Assembly: GCA_032718475.1 (NCBI GenBank)
Contig: JAUCBJ010008594.1
Coordinates: forward strand, 62,001 to 126,000
Length of the DNA: 64,000 nucleotides
From: Nemertoderma westbladi
Lineage: Eukaryota; Animalia; Xenacoelomorpha
Reading direction: 5' to 3'
The notes beneath the pieces are model-generated. The model was not told the DNA's origin, did not search any database, and was given only the letters and a program-made list of their open reading frames with translations. Numbering within the stretch: the first letter of the stretch is position 1; each line of letters opens with the position of its first letter. Made by a program: the position numbers and the translations under genes. Below are positions 22,898 to 37,909 of the stretch, piece by piece.

Positions 22898-25800
22898 ATG
22901 TCTGACACAAAGCAAAACCTGTCAGACAGTCTCCTAGATACAACCATCTGTGATCCAGATAGGAGTGTGGAACGTTTGAGACCGAAGTTCAACTCACCTC
23001 CTACTGTAAGAAAGATCACCCCTCCAGTAGTAGTATCAGACCCTAGGCTAGTCAAACACCGTAGGTCTATCATAGGCACTCGGGCTCAAGTCAAGCGGGA
23101 CCAAGAAGCAGCTGTTAAACAGCAGCAACACTCGAGCCGAGAACTTATTTCTCAGCGGCCCGATAGCTCCAGTAGTTCAGATACTGTAGAGCTGACACCC
23201 GAGCGAGGAGCGATGCGGTTTATTCGGTTCCCCTTCTCATTCTTCCTGCAGCCGTACTCACTAGGGTATTGATTGCGGTGGAGGAACACCAAATTGATTG
23301 GGCGAGAAGTAAGCGATCGACCAAGGACAGTTATACGGGATACACAAGGGAGGAACTGAAGTCTATTGTCGAGTCGCAATGGAACTTCCCCGGACCTGGA
23401 CTCCCGTTTAACTTATCGGAAGCTGCCTGGGAAGACTTACACAGGATGGGAGTGACAAAAGACACTAGTGATCCAGCTGTGTGGAAGAGGTCGGCAGCAG
23501 GATATGTACAGAGATTCTTCAGCTCTTTGGAGCGATTAGAGGAACAACTGTTTCAACAACCCCAAGGACCTCAAGAGCAGGGAGAGCTGCTTTATCAAGT
23601 TCGAGAAAGAATTCTAAGAATCAGACTAATCCTATCGGCCTTTGAGGAAGCTTCGAAAAGAAGACAAGACACGTCGTTGCAAGTTGCCGTAAAGACTTGG
23701 TTTCAGCGGGTGAGTCTCAAGGTTCAAGGAACGGCCCAGTGGAAATTTCAGCTGGCTGAGCGCTCAACCCACGGAGAATCAACAGACGCTACCTTTTCTC
23801 AAGTGGAAAGCGAAGCAACAGCAGAGAAACCGCAGAAGAAGGACGCTATTGACATCTATCTGTCAGATTATCAACGATTTCTAGGTGACGAAGAGTTGAG
23901 GAGAAGGCTGGCTGGACTTCGTCCTAATAGTGAAGGAGCCAAGTTTGTGCTGGATGCAATAGATGCGGAAATGTTAGCTGCGAACCAAGCTAAATTTGAT
24001 GAAAGTAGCCGCATCGCTAGGGTTCAGGAAGGACGCAAGTGAAAGAAAAAACGTATAGAAGACAGAAAGATAGCAGCAGCGGCAGCGGCAGCGGCAGAAG
24101 TTGAAAGAAAAGTGGCAGCGGCAGCGGCAGAGGCAGAGGCTGAAAGAAAGGCGGCAGAAGCGGAAAGGAAAGCGGCAATGGCAGCGGCAGAAGTGGAAAG
24201 GAAAGCGACAATGGCAGCCGCAGAAGCGGAAAGAAAAGAGGCAGAAGCAGAAAGAAAGGTAGCAGTGGCAGAAGCGGAAAGAAAAGCGGCAGAGGCAGTG
24301 GCAGAAGCAGAACGGAGGGCATCTGAAGAGACCACCCAACTAGAGTTAGAAAATCTTCAAGAGAAGCAAGACTACATAGATAAACAAAGAACAGCTAGTC
24401 AGTGGCAGATGATGAGTCGATCTACTCCCAAAAGACAGGGATTTACATCATCTGATGAAGGCGATACAACAGATCCTGAAGGTGGAGGAAATAGATCTCG
24501 TCTAAGTAGGCGTAGAAGAACGCCCCACCGTCAGAAATTGCCTAATTTGCCCCCAGCTGTGAGAAGGCAACTAGCTAGCACAGACTTAGGTAGTACAGAA
24601 CCCACAGACCAAATTATTAGAGTAGAAAGACTCCCTACTATAGTGGACGAACCTGAAATAATTAGGCCTGTTCTCGAAGCCACTCCCTCTGTAACAGAGA
24701 CCACTGTACTTCCAGAACCGAACTATAAATTCCCTTTGTACAGTACTAAACTACCTGTATCCGGTGGGATAGTTCCTCAGTCAACTCCGGTCCTGGACGC
24801 TGAGCGAGTCATTAACAATTTGTCGCCCGTCGTCCCTCATCTGCGTGCTACTATGTTGGCGGCTCCCGCTTCGGCGGTTGAGTGGGTGGATGAGCGACGG
24901 CGGGGGATGGATATTCTCCTCGGGAAGATGGAGGAGAATCAGGCTCGCTCCTCCCAACAGGTCCGAGAGTTGGAGGGGACTGTTCAACAGTTAAAGGGAA
25001 CAGTAAGAGAAATTAAGTTAGAATTACAGGAAGTGCAGCAGAGTATCGCGTTAGAACGCGATAAGTTAGTAAATCTACAAAAGGGTATACCAACACCCCC
25101 TGTAACAATGTGTCAACCTGTTAGGTCTGAAGTATTTCATGCGCAAGGTGTGGAGCCTACACGCATCTATACTGCTAGTGAAGTAGAAACTCCTATAGTA
25201 AACCCTATTAAAGGTAATTATAAACCTGTTGACAATGATATTCCATATAGACCTGATAATAATCCGAGAAATTTATATACCGATAACTCGATATTAACTA
25301 ATACGATGGCCCAAGAAAGTTTTACGCGTCAAATGGCTAGAACCGAAGCCCGTCAAGCGGTAAAGGTGGGAGAGATCGTCAAGTTCAATGGAGATGAGAT
25401 GAAATGGTAACCTTTTAATGAATATTACAAAGATAACATACAGAACTCTGTGCTATCTAACGGAGAGAAACTTAGATTCCTCATCGAGTGCTTGGAAGGA
25501 TCTCCCAAGTTAATGGCGTTAAAGTTTATTGGACATCCAGATGGATTAAGCCAAGTTTGGAATACCTTAAACATCAGGTATGGTAATAGGAATAACATAG
25601 CTAGGTATTTGTATGCAAAATTGGTAGCGCCCCGAAAGTTCATTAGCAGCGGGATTATAGAGTTTTCCGATGAGATTCAGGAGATCTGTAGACAATTAGA
25701 TTGGCTAGGTAAGTCTCATGAATATCAGAGTTCTATGGTTATTGGAGCCGTGGCATCTACTTTGCCAAAGGGTGGAGTAGGTACACGCTGGGATAAGAAA

Positions 25801-26420
25801 GTGTTATATATGATGGAACAGCAACGACGAGACCCTACCATGGCTGATCTCATGTCATTCTTAGATGGAGAGGTAAAATTACAGCTCCTAAAGCAGTCCA
25901 GAGAGAAGACACCGGAAAATAAGGTAAGTGAGAAACCTGTTTCTAGGAGAAAGGTAACACCAGTGTGTTATACAGACGACGGCGAAAGCCAGGCTTCTCA
26001 AGAGGAGGACAGCGGGAAAGACACTGAAAGAGCTTACTATGTCAACAGACAGTGCCTAAAGACGTAAGTAAATTTAAGTCTCGAACCAATGACAGGAGAG
26101 AACAGGTAAGAAAAACTCCTCCTACGTCTCCTAAGAGAATTCATGGAAGAAAGCCCGAGGAAAGAACGAGTGTGCACAACGTTACCCAAAGTAAGGTAAG
26201 TAACATCAAACCAAAATGTGTGCTGTGCGACGGGCCCCACCGTTTAAGTGTGTGTGATGAATTCCTGAGGAAATCCCTAATAGATAGACGTGAAGTCATG
26301 TGGAATAAGCGGTTGTGTTATAATTGCCTCAGGCAAGGACACCAACGGCGAACCTGTTACTCCGACGCAAGGTGTGCTAAGTGCGACGCGAAACATCATA
26401 TCTTGTTGCACACTGAATTC
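22898..26420 (+). pseudogene. gag: BEL/Pao gag, frameshifted, with an Ala/Glu-rich coiled region and three Cys/His knuckles
   Basis: KFNGDEMKW...EKLRFLIECLEG (DUF1759-like), CVLCDGPH..SVC, CYNCLRQGH..RTC, CAKCDAKHHILLH. Broken across ORFs 22898, 23269, 24112, 25450 and 26052. Confidence 0.85.
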
Positions 26421-29400
26421 GAAAGAAACAACCAGAGTCAGGTAAGTGAGTCCGAACTACATGTCCAATTCAGTGATGTGAACGGCACTGACCAAAGTTC
26501 TGAGATGGAAGGATTCTATACGGATGAATTCTCCGACGAAAACGAATCCTGTTACCTAATAAATACCGCAGTGTATCGAGCACTTACGTATGAGAAAGAA
26601 ACCGATAGTGAGCGCCCCCTAACTACTCCTGACCGACAACCATCTTGGAAAGCACCAACTTCCAACGTAGGAATCCGAGAATTTCCCGTAGTGCAGTTGA
26701 GAGTCCACGGGTCAGAAAAGAGCTATATAGTGAACACCCTACTTGACTCCGGCAGCACAGGAACATTCATCGACAAAGAACTAGCCGAAGACATCTTTAC
26801 TGGACAACCCAAGTTCCGAACTAAGTTGAACATGTCAGGAATTATGCAGGTTTGGAAATCTACAGTAACTACAGACTATTATGTAGGCGCGTTGTCCACC
26901 CCCCAGGATGGACTAGGAGAACACAGTATAAGGTCAGTAAAAATGGTGGCGATAAAGAACTTCGCTACCAGCCAAGTGGAACCTTATAACTGGGATGAGG
27001 ACGACTTCACCCAGCAGCATAAGATACCTAGATTCAACACAGACTATCCTGGAGTGCAAATACTCATCGGCCAAAATGCGCATGAGGCGCTTGAGACATT
27101 GGAGAAACGGCCTGCTCAACCGCAACCACTACAAACCTATGCGGGAAGAACTATAGTAGGTTGGTACTTTACTGGACTTTCCCGTAGAACTCTCATGGAA
27201 AGGCTACCCAAAGAACGAGTCTACCAGGTGAGTGAATGGGAAGAGGAGATCAGTGAGGGAGACGACCCACCTGAGGGAACCCCATACTCCTCAGATAATG
27301 ACGATATCCACCAACTCTTCGACGAGGAGAATACCATCGTCGACCTCCTTACGGAAAATGAAACTTGGCAAAACCAAGTGAACCTATGTCACCTCATTCA
27401 TCCAACGGGGCAAATCGATTACAATGACGAACTGAATGAAGTATAGATCGTTACAACGCGAAGACTCGCGATGAACACGCCGTACGATTCTTTACTCAAG
27501 AGGCTGTAGAGCCCAATTCCTACGATAAGGCCCTATCGGTAGAAGAAGAAAGAGCCAAGCAGATACAGGAAACAACTACACGTTTTCTTAAAGATCAAGG
27601 TAGATATGAGATTGGTCTGCCTTTCCGACGGCGAGAACCCAATTTTATAAACAAAAAACCCTTGGCGGAGAAGATAATTGTGCAACTACATCGACGCCTT
27701 ACGGCAAATGCTTCAGCTAAGGAGATGTACAAGACCCAGCTGAAGAAATTCATTGACTAGGGATATGCGGAGCGAGTACCGGAAGGAACACCCATAACTG
27801 AGAGAATGTACTATTTAACACATCATTACGTTCTCAAACCCGGTAAACCCAACGAAGTCTGGGTAGTATTTGACGGCTCCGCCCTCTACATGGGCCAATC
27901 CCTTAACTCCGAGTTGTTGCCAGGACCCAACTTACTCCAATCCTTGTTGGGAATACTCTTAAGATTACGACAATATTCAATAGCTTTCGCCTCCGATATA
28001 GAAGGCATGTTCTTACAAGTTAAAGCGCTGGATAGAGATCGAGACAGCCTACGATTTCTGTGGTGGCCTGAAGGAGACCTCAACCAGAAACCGGTGGAGT
28101 ACTGGATGACCATCCAGGCTTTTGGGATCATCTCGAGTCCTTCAAACGCCTGCTCAGTGGTGCGTACCACTGCTGATGACAACCGGGACGCCTTCTCCAA
28201 AGAGGTTATCGACAACATCAAACGGGATATATACATGGACGACAATTTAAAGTCCCTCCCATCGGTGGAAGAAGCCATTGATGTCGCCAAAGGAACGGTA
28301 GAGTGCTTGAAAAGAAGTGGATTTCGATTAACTAAATTCACCAGCAACTCCCGTGAGTTTCTGGAATCGATCCCGGTAGAAGACCGAGGAGTTAAAGATC
28401 TAGACCTTATCAAGGACGATCTTCCAGAAACCAAGACACTTGGTTTGAAATGGGACACGGAGAGAGATATCCTGTTTTTCCAGCTGAAACAGCGAGATAA
28501 TCCAGTTCGGACTAAACGGATTTGTCTAAGTATCCTGAGCACTTATTTCGATCCATTGGGATTTATTAGCCCAGTTATATTGATTGCTCGGAGTTTAGTA
28601 CAACAAATGTGGCTTGAAAACCACTCATGGGACGATCCACTTAAGGGAAAACTATTAAAGAAATGGATGAAATGGGAAGATTCTCTACCATCCATCGAGA
28701 ACTTTATAATTTCCCGTTCATATTTTGGTCACATTCTCCCCACGTATTCCTATCAACTCCATGTGTTTGGAGACGCCAACGATATGGGAATAGGTATAGT
28801 AGCCTACCTGAGAGTTGAAACTTCGGATGGAATTAAGGTCGCCTTGGTTACCTCTAAGGCCTTGATTAACAAAACAAGTTGAAAGTTCCTCGAGCGGAGT
28901 TAAAAGCGGCTCTATACGCTACAGCCATCGGCCGGAATGTAACAGAACAGATCGACTATCCACTGGAGAAAACTGTCTATTGGACCGATGCTTTACTCGT
29001 GTTGGAATATATAACCAATGAAGTCTGTCAGTTCAGCGTCTTCGTTACCAACAGAGTAGCCATTATACTTAGTCGCACGAAGATAGATCAATGGAGACAT
29101 TGCCCCGGTACGATTAATCCAGCCGATCGCCTCCAGGGGAGCAACTCCACAAGAACTGATAGATACTCCAGACTGGTTAGGTGGACCCGACTTCCTAAGC
29201 AAGGAAGAGGATGAATGGCCTCCTCATCTTACTACGGCGGAGATTAGACAAGCCAAGGGAGCGGAGAAAGTCAAACCTAAAACCCGGGCAAGTAAATCGA
29301 AGTTATTTAAACCCGTGATAGATCTGTCTGTACTACACACTTCCGGAGACGACGCTTTGGATCCAAAACCCCCAGCCACAAATAAGTCTGTTGTGGAAAT

Positions 29401-31042
29401 CAGAGAGAGAGATTGGAAATCTGGAACACCAGACGTCTCGCAGGGACTCTCACCCCTCCTACAGAGAGCGATACATCACTATAGCTCCTGGAATCGACTC
29501 TGTAAAGCCGTTACATATTTAAAGCGATGTTTTCATCATCACTACTCCAGGACGAAGACCGCTAGTGATACTGCTCCATTGACATCTGCGCAGGTCCATG
29601 TTGTTAAAGATCTTCCCAAATACAAGATATCAGACAGATTTCTGAAGGAGAAGATCAGTTACCAGGAGCATGAAGAAACCAATAAGCAGATACTGAGACT
29701 CCTGCAATGCTATGAGGATTCCGATAAGTATTTCCTGTTGTTGAGAAATCCACAGATGCGCTTAAGGGATCGTTTCTCTAGCACAATGATAGATGGGTTG
29801 ATACGTGTTGGAGGAAGACTAACTAATGCTCCATTATCCTTTGACACTAAGTTTCCCATACTCATTAGAAATCTTGAAATACAAATCAAGATGATTGTAG
29901 ATGTTCACAGTAAGCTTTACCATGCTGGTAGAGAACGAGTTCTTAGCGAAATTCGAACTCGCTATTATTTTCATAAACCCCGTAGAGCTCTGAACCAAGT
30001 TCTTAGGAACTGCATACCCTGTAGGAAAGCATTCAGTAGGCTTTTAACACAGCGAGAGGCAGAATTACCTAGGGAACGAGTAAGCTTCTATGAACCACCC
30101 TTTACTAATACCGGTGTGGATTTATTTGGCCCTATTGAAGTATATCGTGCTAGGACTATAGTCAAGAGATGGTGTGTCATCTTTGTCTGTATGACTTGTA
30201 GAGCTATCCATCTCGATATGGTGAACGATTTATCTACCAATAGCTTCATATTGAGCTTACGCCGACAGATCGCTCGCTTTGGAACTAGTAACACAATGAG
30301 ATCTGATAAGGGAACGAACTTCATTGGTGCCAACAATGAAATCAAGGCTTACGTCAAAGATTGGAACCAAAGACAGGTGGACGATCAGCTAAGGGTAACA
30401 GCGTCTAGCTGGACCTTCAACGCCGCCGACGCCCCTTGGTGGGGAGGAAGTTGGGAGAGATTAATCAGGAGCGTGAAGACCGCATTTCACTTTATAGTGC
30501 CGTGCCGCGCGTATCTCACCGACGAACTTTTGCAGACGTTAATGGAGGAAATCGCCGCCTATCTCAACGAGAGACCGCTTATGCTCCCACGATCGGAAAT
30601 CACAGACGGAGACGAATACTGCCGGCAAACTTGGCAACTTATGCAGTTGTTATCCCATCGTTTCGCTGACCATTTCGAAAAACATTATCTGCCTACGCTA
30701 CAACTTCGAACTAAGTGGTTTGCGCAGCAAGAAAAGGTCAGCGCAGGAGACATGGTCCTTATTGTGAAGTCAGATCTTCCACGTAAGCGGTGGCAGACAG
30801 GTCGTATCATCGAGACTCATATCTCGGATGATGGTTTGGTGCGATCGGTAGAACTCGTCGTCATGCGACGTAACTTTAAGAAACCAGGAATTGTCTTCGA
30901 GACACAGCAGCTCAATCGCCCAGTTGGTCGTTTATGTTTACTGGAAAGAGACAGAAAACTCTCCGGAAACTATGGAAGGCAAGATACTCTTCCCACGACC
31001 ACCTCCCTAATCCAACAAACATCTAGGGACTCCCCAACGTAA
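26420..31042 (+). pseudogene. pol: BEL/Pao pol (protease, RT, RNase H, integrase), disrupted
   Basis: LLDSGS (protease); GPNLL, SDIEGMFLQV, YMDD (RT); LHVFGDA, PRAELKA (RNase H); HHCC, GVDLFGP, SDKGTNF, GGSWER (integrase). Several stops and frameshifts. Confidence 0.93.
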
Positions 31043-32748
31043 CAGCGTCTGGAGTGGGTGTGTGACTATATTATTTTATATTTGTTTTTATTATTTTATA
31101 TTTATGTATGTATTATTATGTAATTTTATTATAATCGTTTTCTTTAATTTTATTTAGTAGAATGTTATTTTAGCGATTATCTAGTAGATTAGTGCAATAT
31201 ATATTAGTCTTATTACTTAATTACTTATATATTATATATTTAGTGCGACGGCGAGAAATAATTCTTTTTCTCTTTCCTTACTGTCCGTATCATATTATAA
31301 ATACGTGACTACAGTAAGATGAAATGTCCGTACTTATTAAAGTACAATAAAGCTCCTACTATATTTAAGTATTATTGGTAAGTAGAGTATTAGGAATGCA
31401 AAGTTCAGATCCTCGTGTCTCAGCTAAACCAAGCTCTGGGTAGACCTTGGAAACGACTTGCCTCTTCTCACTGACATTGTTTCTTGCAATATTGCTCTCA
31501 TACCGTATATTAAATAATACATATAGTAGCGCGATGTCCCTTTAACAGTAGCATAAAACGCAAAATAAATCTGTGAAACCCTTTGACCATCTGTAATTCT
31601 AGTCGATTAAGATATCGTGCGTGGCACCCACCGATATACTTGAAAGACAAAATTCTAGAATCAGTGGTTAACGTCCCCAGACATGTTCTGCAATAAACTA
31701 GTGCCCATCTTAAATATTAACTATTAATATTTGTAAAATCTGTCAAATAGATACAATAGAGTAACTACTTACAAGTTAACTCTAGAAAATCTATAAATTA
31801 AAATCTGTAAAATTTTAGATCCTTTAAAATTCTAGTCTACTAAGATATCGTAGCACTTACCGATACTCTTAAAAGGACAAATTTCCTAGAATTAAGGACC
31901 CTAGTCCCCAGACATGCTCTGGAATAAAATTATGTCTGTTTTAAGGATAAATAATAAAATTTACGGGAATAAATTTAAATTCATCTCTTTTAATGAATTT
32001 GATAAATTGTCATTTTATACAATTTATAACATTCCCAAAATTCCATTAATTAATAGATCATGGGAGCGGAGATTCACCCTATTAAGTGTATTAGTGTGCG
32101 AGAATCTCCAATATATAGTCAATAGCCGATAAAATTCATAAGATCATGTATAAAGGGGATATTGACAATTAAAGAATTACTATTAAATAGCATCCCAGAT
32201 CTGTATGCATGGGAATTACCCTAATTCTACCGCTAGCTTTCCATAATGTCACCATAGTAACAACCACGCTAGAATTAGAAGCGAGTTAAAAGAACAATAG
32301 AAAGCTTGCCCCAATGAATAGCATAGGGAATAAATAGTACACTGCCAGTATCCAAGGATACATAATAATAACGTGGCATTCTGGAAGGCACTTGACTAAC
32401 GGACAAATGGCCCAAATGTGTACAATTTGTAACAGTTGTGTGGAATTTGTGCGTTTATAGGTGAATGTTACTACTAAAGTGTGTTTACAGTAGCGAGTCG
32501 CAATTGTGAAAGTAGCCCTACCTCTGCAGTAAGAACCTGAAGTAAATCTTAGCCCTTGGGACGGACAGTGGAGTGACTCGCGCTGGTTGTTGTTGTCGTT
32601 GTGCAGCTACTATGTTGGCGATAGGCACATCGCGACAGTACATCAGCGCTGAGGATCTTGCGCTGTCGGGGGGCCGTGAAGGGTAGGCAGCGACGCCCGC
32701 TAGCCTAATTATAACTAATTATAATATTGATAAACTCATATAGCAGCT

Positions 32749-34300
32749 ATGACTGAGTTGATATAAGATGATCTTGGTATCAGGGAGCGATATACTCTAC
32801 CGTTGCAAGCGTTTGTTGATAGCTTAATATGCGGCGACGCTAGTCCAACTACTACAGAGGACGATGGTCATTATATCGAACCGCCAATGTCCCAGGAGCA
32901 ACTCACTCGTGAATTGGACTATCGAAAATTCACTGCTCGCTATACGCATCGTAATGGTACGCATATGGACTTCTTAACTACTGGTCATCCTATCGATTTA
33001 CACGATACGGATGATGTCGACACCGAAAGGGAAATGGTCCTATTTAAATATCATACCCAGTGGAGTCGGAACGATAAACTGAGAATCGAATGCGAAAATT
33101 CTATTCGAAATCGACTTGAAAGAGAAGACGTTAAAGAACCGGATAAACGCAGTGACTCCAACGTATATTTGGAATTCTTGAGAGAAACATTGTAAAACTG
33201 AAGAAAGATCACCAGCGTTTCCCCTACAAGACGTGCGTTTTTGGTATTATTGCGATGAATGCCCAAGACCCAACCAACAAACGGAAAGACATAAACATCC
33301 GCGGAGACGTTGCTCTAAACACAGTTTTACTCGCTATATTTACGGGAGTTTCGAGCGAAACTTGTTCGATGTATCACCTACGCTCGCTCGATTCAAATGA
33401 TCCTTAAATAAACCTATGATCAGAGTTCCGGAATACTCGGTCAGACCTCCTCACTCCCTAGTGAGACCTCAGACTCTTGATCCTAATAGTATCACGGATC
33501 CTCCCGAACTGTACTCACTGTTCAAAGATCTAGTGTTACCTGAACAATTAGTCGGTGGCACTCCGGTTGTGGGCTCCCTAAATATTCGCCCATCTTACCT
33601 AGTCGGATTGGGACGCGGACATCTAATATCGCCATTCAACCGTATCATCGTCCCGGTTTAACCCGATACAACCTGTCACCGAGGTGGAGGAGAGAGTTGT
33701 ACGAAACGCGTTGGACACTATTCGTCAAAAGATTGGAAAAGGAACCTACAATTGTTTAGAGAAACGTAAATTGCAGCAGCAAGTCCAAGCGGTAAACGAA
33801 TTAGCTTTATCTCAGTTCGATCAGGAAATCCAGAATCTCTAAGAAGATATCAAACTTGGACGACTCTACTTTCTGCAAGAGTTTTGGACGAATGCTTTCA
33901 ACGACAAGCGGAGGAAAATCAGCTCGTGGAGAAGCATATCGATCCCGATAGAGCCCTAGAATGCGAGTTGGAAAGAATCATCAAACCGAGGAAATTTCTC
34001 ACTACACACGGTCCACCTACCGCTCTCGTGCAAACGACCCGTCAGGGACCAGTAAGAGCTGCTGTCTTAAAACGCGCTCTCAAGGTTGTTCGACCTCGTT
34101 CCACTGAGGTTAATACCGATCAACGGGTACCTCGACCGGTGGATACACCGACCGTAATCCTAAACCTTCCGATGCAATTGTATTGCACCCTTCACCCAGG
34201 AGTTATAGCCCTCCTAGTAAAGTGGCTCGCCCCAAAGAGAAAAGGACTCTTGCTAGCCTCAAAAAACTGCATAAACGCCGTCCGCGCAAGAAAGACTAAC
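32749..34300 (+). pseudogene. Degenerate accessory ORF after pol in the younger BEL copy (exonuclease part deleted)
   Basis: MTELI*DDLGIRERYTLPLQAFVD matches the sibling ORF at 36087 (-). It jumps from the EKHI homology (18925) to the ECELER homology (16395). Confidence 0.7.
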
Positions 34301-34377
34301 TGTTTAGAGTATTTTTATATTTTAGAAACTGTGATTTTTTATATTTTATAGAATTAAATCCCATTTTCTGGGAGCGG

Positions 34378-35584
34378 TGTAAAGGCTTTTGCGGATCTAG
34401 CTAGTCATTTTCCCCGCAAAGTACTCTGTAGGTGTTTTAGCGGACATAAAAAGCCGTTTTCTTACTGTGTAGGTGTTTTAGTGGACATAAAAAGCCATTT
34501 TTCTGTATGTGTACTTTAGCGGACATAACAAGCAATTTTATGCCGCAATACGCCAAAATACTCTTAATACAGTGTAGTTCAGATGACGACATCTATCAGC
34601 TGATATGTCGACATGGAGCTTTTGGCTTTCTTTGTTCAGGCTCACTCACTCGACCAATCAGAGCGATTTTCATTTTATTTGCACAGAAGCCTCCGGGAAA
34701 TCGCGCAATGCATTATGGTCTTTGTTTACCTTTTTTCCTGAGCCCAGAACATCGGCTTTGTAATTATTCTGTGTTTCAGACTTTAGCCAAACATTAGAAC
34801 GGCTTTGATTATAGAAACGTATAACTGTTATCAAATCAATGCATAATTCACAACAAACCAAATCATACACTGCATATCATACTATACATACCTTTCACCG
34901 CATTATTTTACTGCTATTTACTGTCGGTTATTAATTGTTATCAGTTGATGGATATGTTGTTATATTTGGAGAATATCGATAAATAATCATAAAACCCCAA
35001 TCTTCTTGATATACTGAAGGTTAGAGAGACCGGTTACATATAGCAATTGCGACTTACATTATAGTGGTTTTGGAGTGAATTGAATGCTATTTCATAGACC
35101 CTACATGTGTCAGTTGCTGTTCTCCTTATATATGATTAAAATTAGTGAAGGTCGGCAGATCAGTGTGCAGCAGTGTGCGGTAGTGTGCATGAGTGTGATA
35201 GATAACAAAGCATTTCCTAAAGAATGCGCCTTATACGAAAATCAATAGCCATCCCGTTGTGTTTAGTGTAAGTCATAACTCTGTTTACATACTTAGAGCG
35301 CCATGTCCTAAAGTAACTGTTAATATTTCCCGAAAGTAAATAATATTTGTCAGAGATATTATAGTAACGATCAATCGAATAGTACAGTAAGCCTACACCG
35401 CAATAAGGTCAGAGCATCCAAATCCAGTCTCCCTTAACCGTGGGTGAATGATCGCGCATAGGCTGGCTTCGGCTAATGTAACTTTATGTGTATCAAATAC
35501 TTGTTATAGGCTAAAGTCGATTTATAACCTAGAAGACACCTAAATTTGGCAGGTTAAACTGCTAAAGGTCTAAAAGCGCGAACA
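34378..35584 (+). repeat. 3' LTR (1207 bp)
   Basis: Constant offset of 15321 from the 5' LTR; about 9 substitutions seen by eye. Confidence 0.95.
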
Positions 35585-37909
35585 CAAAGCTAATTCTTTT
35601 ACCGCTTGGACTTGTTGTTGCAATTTACGTTTGTCTAAACAATCGTAGGTTCCTTTTCCGATCTTTTGCCGAATCGCGTCCAGTGCGTTCCTTATAACAC
35701 TTTCTTCTACCACGGTGACAGGTTGTATCGGAGTCAAACCGGGATGATCATACGGGTTGAATGGAGATATTAAATGTCCGCTTCCCAATCCGGCTAGGTA
35801 GGATGGGCAAATATCTAAAGTGCCCACAACCGGAGTGCCACCGACTAATTGTTCGGGTAACACCAGATCTTTGAACAATGAGTACAACTCAGGAGGATCC
35901 GTCATACTATTAGGGTCGAGAGTCTGTGGGCGCCCTGGGGAATGAGGAGGTCTGGCCGAGTATTCTGTCCATTGTCTTCTGTCGTATATTGACTCGCGTC
36001 GCCGCTTATCAAACCATCAACAAACGCTTGTAGCGGTAGAGTATATCGCTCTCTGATACCAAGATCATCTTCTATCAACTCAGTCATAGTTGCTATATGA
36101 GTTTATCTAGATTACAACGAATGAGGCTAGCGGGTGTCGCCACCTTCAATCCCCCTCTCTGCCCCCGGACAGCCCTGAGGTCCTCAGGGCTGATGTACTG
36201 CTGTCGCTGTGCCCCTCGCCAACGCAGTAGCCACACAACGACAACAATAACCAGCGCGAGTCACTCTACTGTCCGTCCCAAGAGCTCGAATATACTAGAG
36301 GTACTTGATACAGATGTAGGATAACTTTCACAATTGCGGCTCGCTACTGTAAACATACTTTAGTAGTAACATTCACCTATAAATACACAAATTCCACATT
36401 CCTGCCACAATTTGTACAAATTAGAGCCATTTGTCCAGTAGTCAGATGCCTTCCAGAATGCCACGTTATTATTATGTATTCTTAGATACTATCAAGGCGC
36501 TATTTATTACACATGCTATTCAATGGGGTAAGCTCTCTATTGTTCTTTTAACTCACTTCTAATTCTAGGGTGGTTGTTACTATGGTGACATTATGCAAAG
36601 CTAGCGGTAGAATTAGGGTATTTATCATGCATACAGATCTGGGATGCTATTTAATAGTGACTCTTGGGTTATTAATATTCCCTTTATATATGATTTTTAT
36701 TAATTTTGTCGGATATTGTCTGTACACTGGAGATTCTCTCACACTGATATGCTTAATAGGGTGAATCTCCACTCCAATGATCTATTAATTAACGGAATTT
36801 TGGGAATGTTAATAAATTGTATAAAATGACAATTTATTTGATTCATGAGAGGATATGAATTTAAATTTATTCCCGTAAATTTTATTATTTAATATTAAAA
36901 TAGACACAGTTTTATTCCAGAACATGTCTGGTCATGATCCTTGATTCCAGAAATTTTGTCTTTTAAGGGTATCGGTAAGTACTACGATATCTTAATCGAC
37001 TAAAATTTTAGAGGATCTAAGGGTTTAACAGATTTTTATATCAACATTTGTTATAATAATGTTGTGAATATTTAACAAATAGTTAATATTAGGATGGGCA
37101 CCGATTTATTCCAGAACATCTCACTGATTCTAGAATTTTGTCTTTCAAGTATATCGGTGGGTGCCGCGATATCTTAATCGACTAGAATTTCAGAAGGTCA
37201 AAGGGTTTAACAGATTTATGGGTCAAAGATTTTAACAGATTTACTTTGACAGTGCTACTGTTAAATGGACATCTTTCTTAGTTTTTAGTTTAGTTTAGTT
37301 TATTTCGCCACACATGTTAAAATACATAAATACAACAAACAATTATACCTGGCATCACTTATAAATACGCTACTGCGTGTTACACGGGATTGTTGCTAAA
37401 TAATAATAAACACGGGGAATAAAATTATTACACAATTATACAGTAGGTTTTCCACTGTTTCAAAAATTAATAATTCTACTATATGTATTATTTAAAATAC
37501 GGTACGAGAGCAATATTGCAAGAAGCAATGTCAGTGAGAAGAGGCAAGTCATTTCCAAGGTCTACCCAGAGCTTGGTTTAGCCGAGACACGAGGATCTGA
37601 ACTTTGCATTCCTAATACTCTACTTTACCAATAATACCTAAGTATAGTAGGAGTGGTATAGATTGTACTTTAATAAATACTGACATTTCATCTTACTGTA
37701 GTCACGTATTTATAGTATGATACGGACAGTAAGGAAAGAGAAAACGATATATTATACTAAGTAATTAAGTAATAAAATACGAAATATATTGCACTAATCT
37801 ACTGAGTAATCGTTTAAAATATTATTCTACTAAATAAAATTAAATAAAACGATCACAATAATATAAATTACATAATAATGCGTACATAAATATAAAATAA
37901 AACAAATAA

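Larger units (their letters stand above)
19057..35584 (+). mobile_element. Full-length BEL/Pao LTR retrotransposon (16.5 kb)
   Basis: Two TG...CA LTRs, 5-bp TSD CAAAG (19052-19056 and 35585-35589), PPT before the 3' LTR, and gag-PR-RT-RH-IN order. Confidence 0.95.

Noticed and set aside
23974-24339. Cys-, Leu/Pro- and Ala/Ser-rich minus-strand ORFs
   Set aside because: Antisense shadows of the GCAGCG/GCAGAA low-complexity stretch in gag.
31043-34377. env gene in the post-pol region
   Set aside because: No signal peptide, furin site or transmembrane segment is apparent; the region matches the exonuclease-bearing accessory ORF instead.
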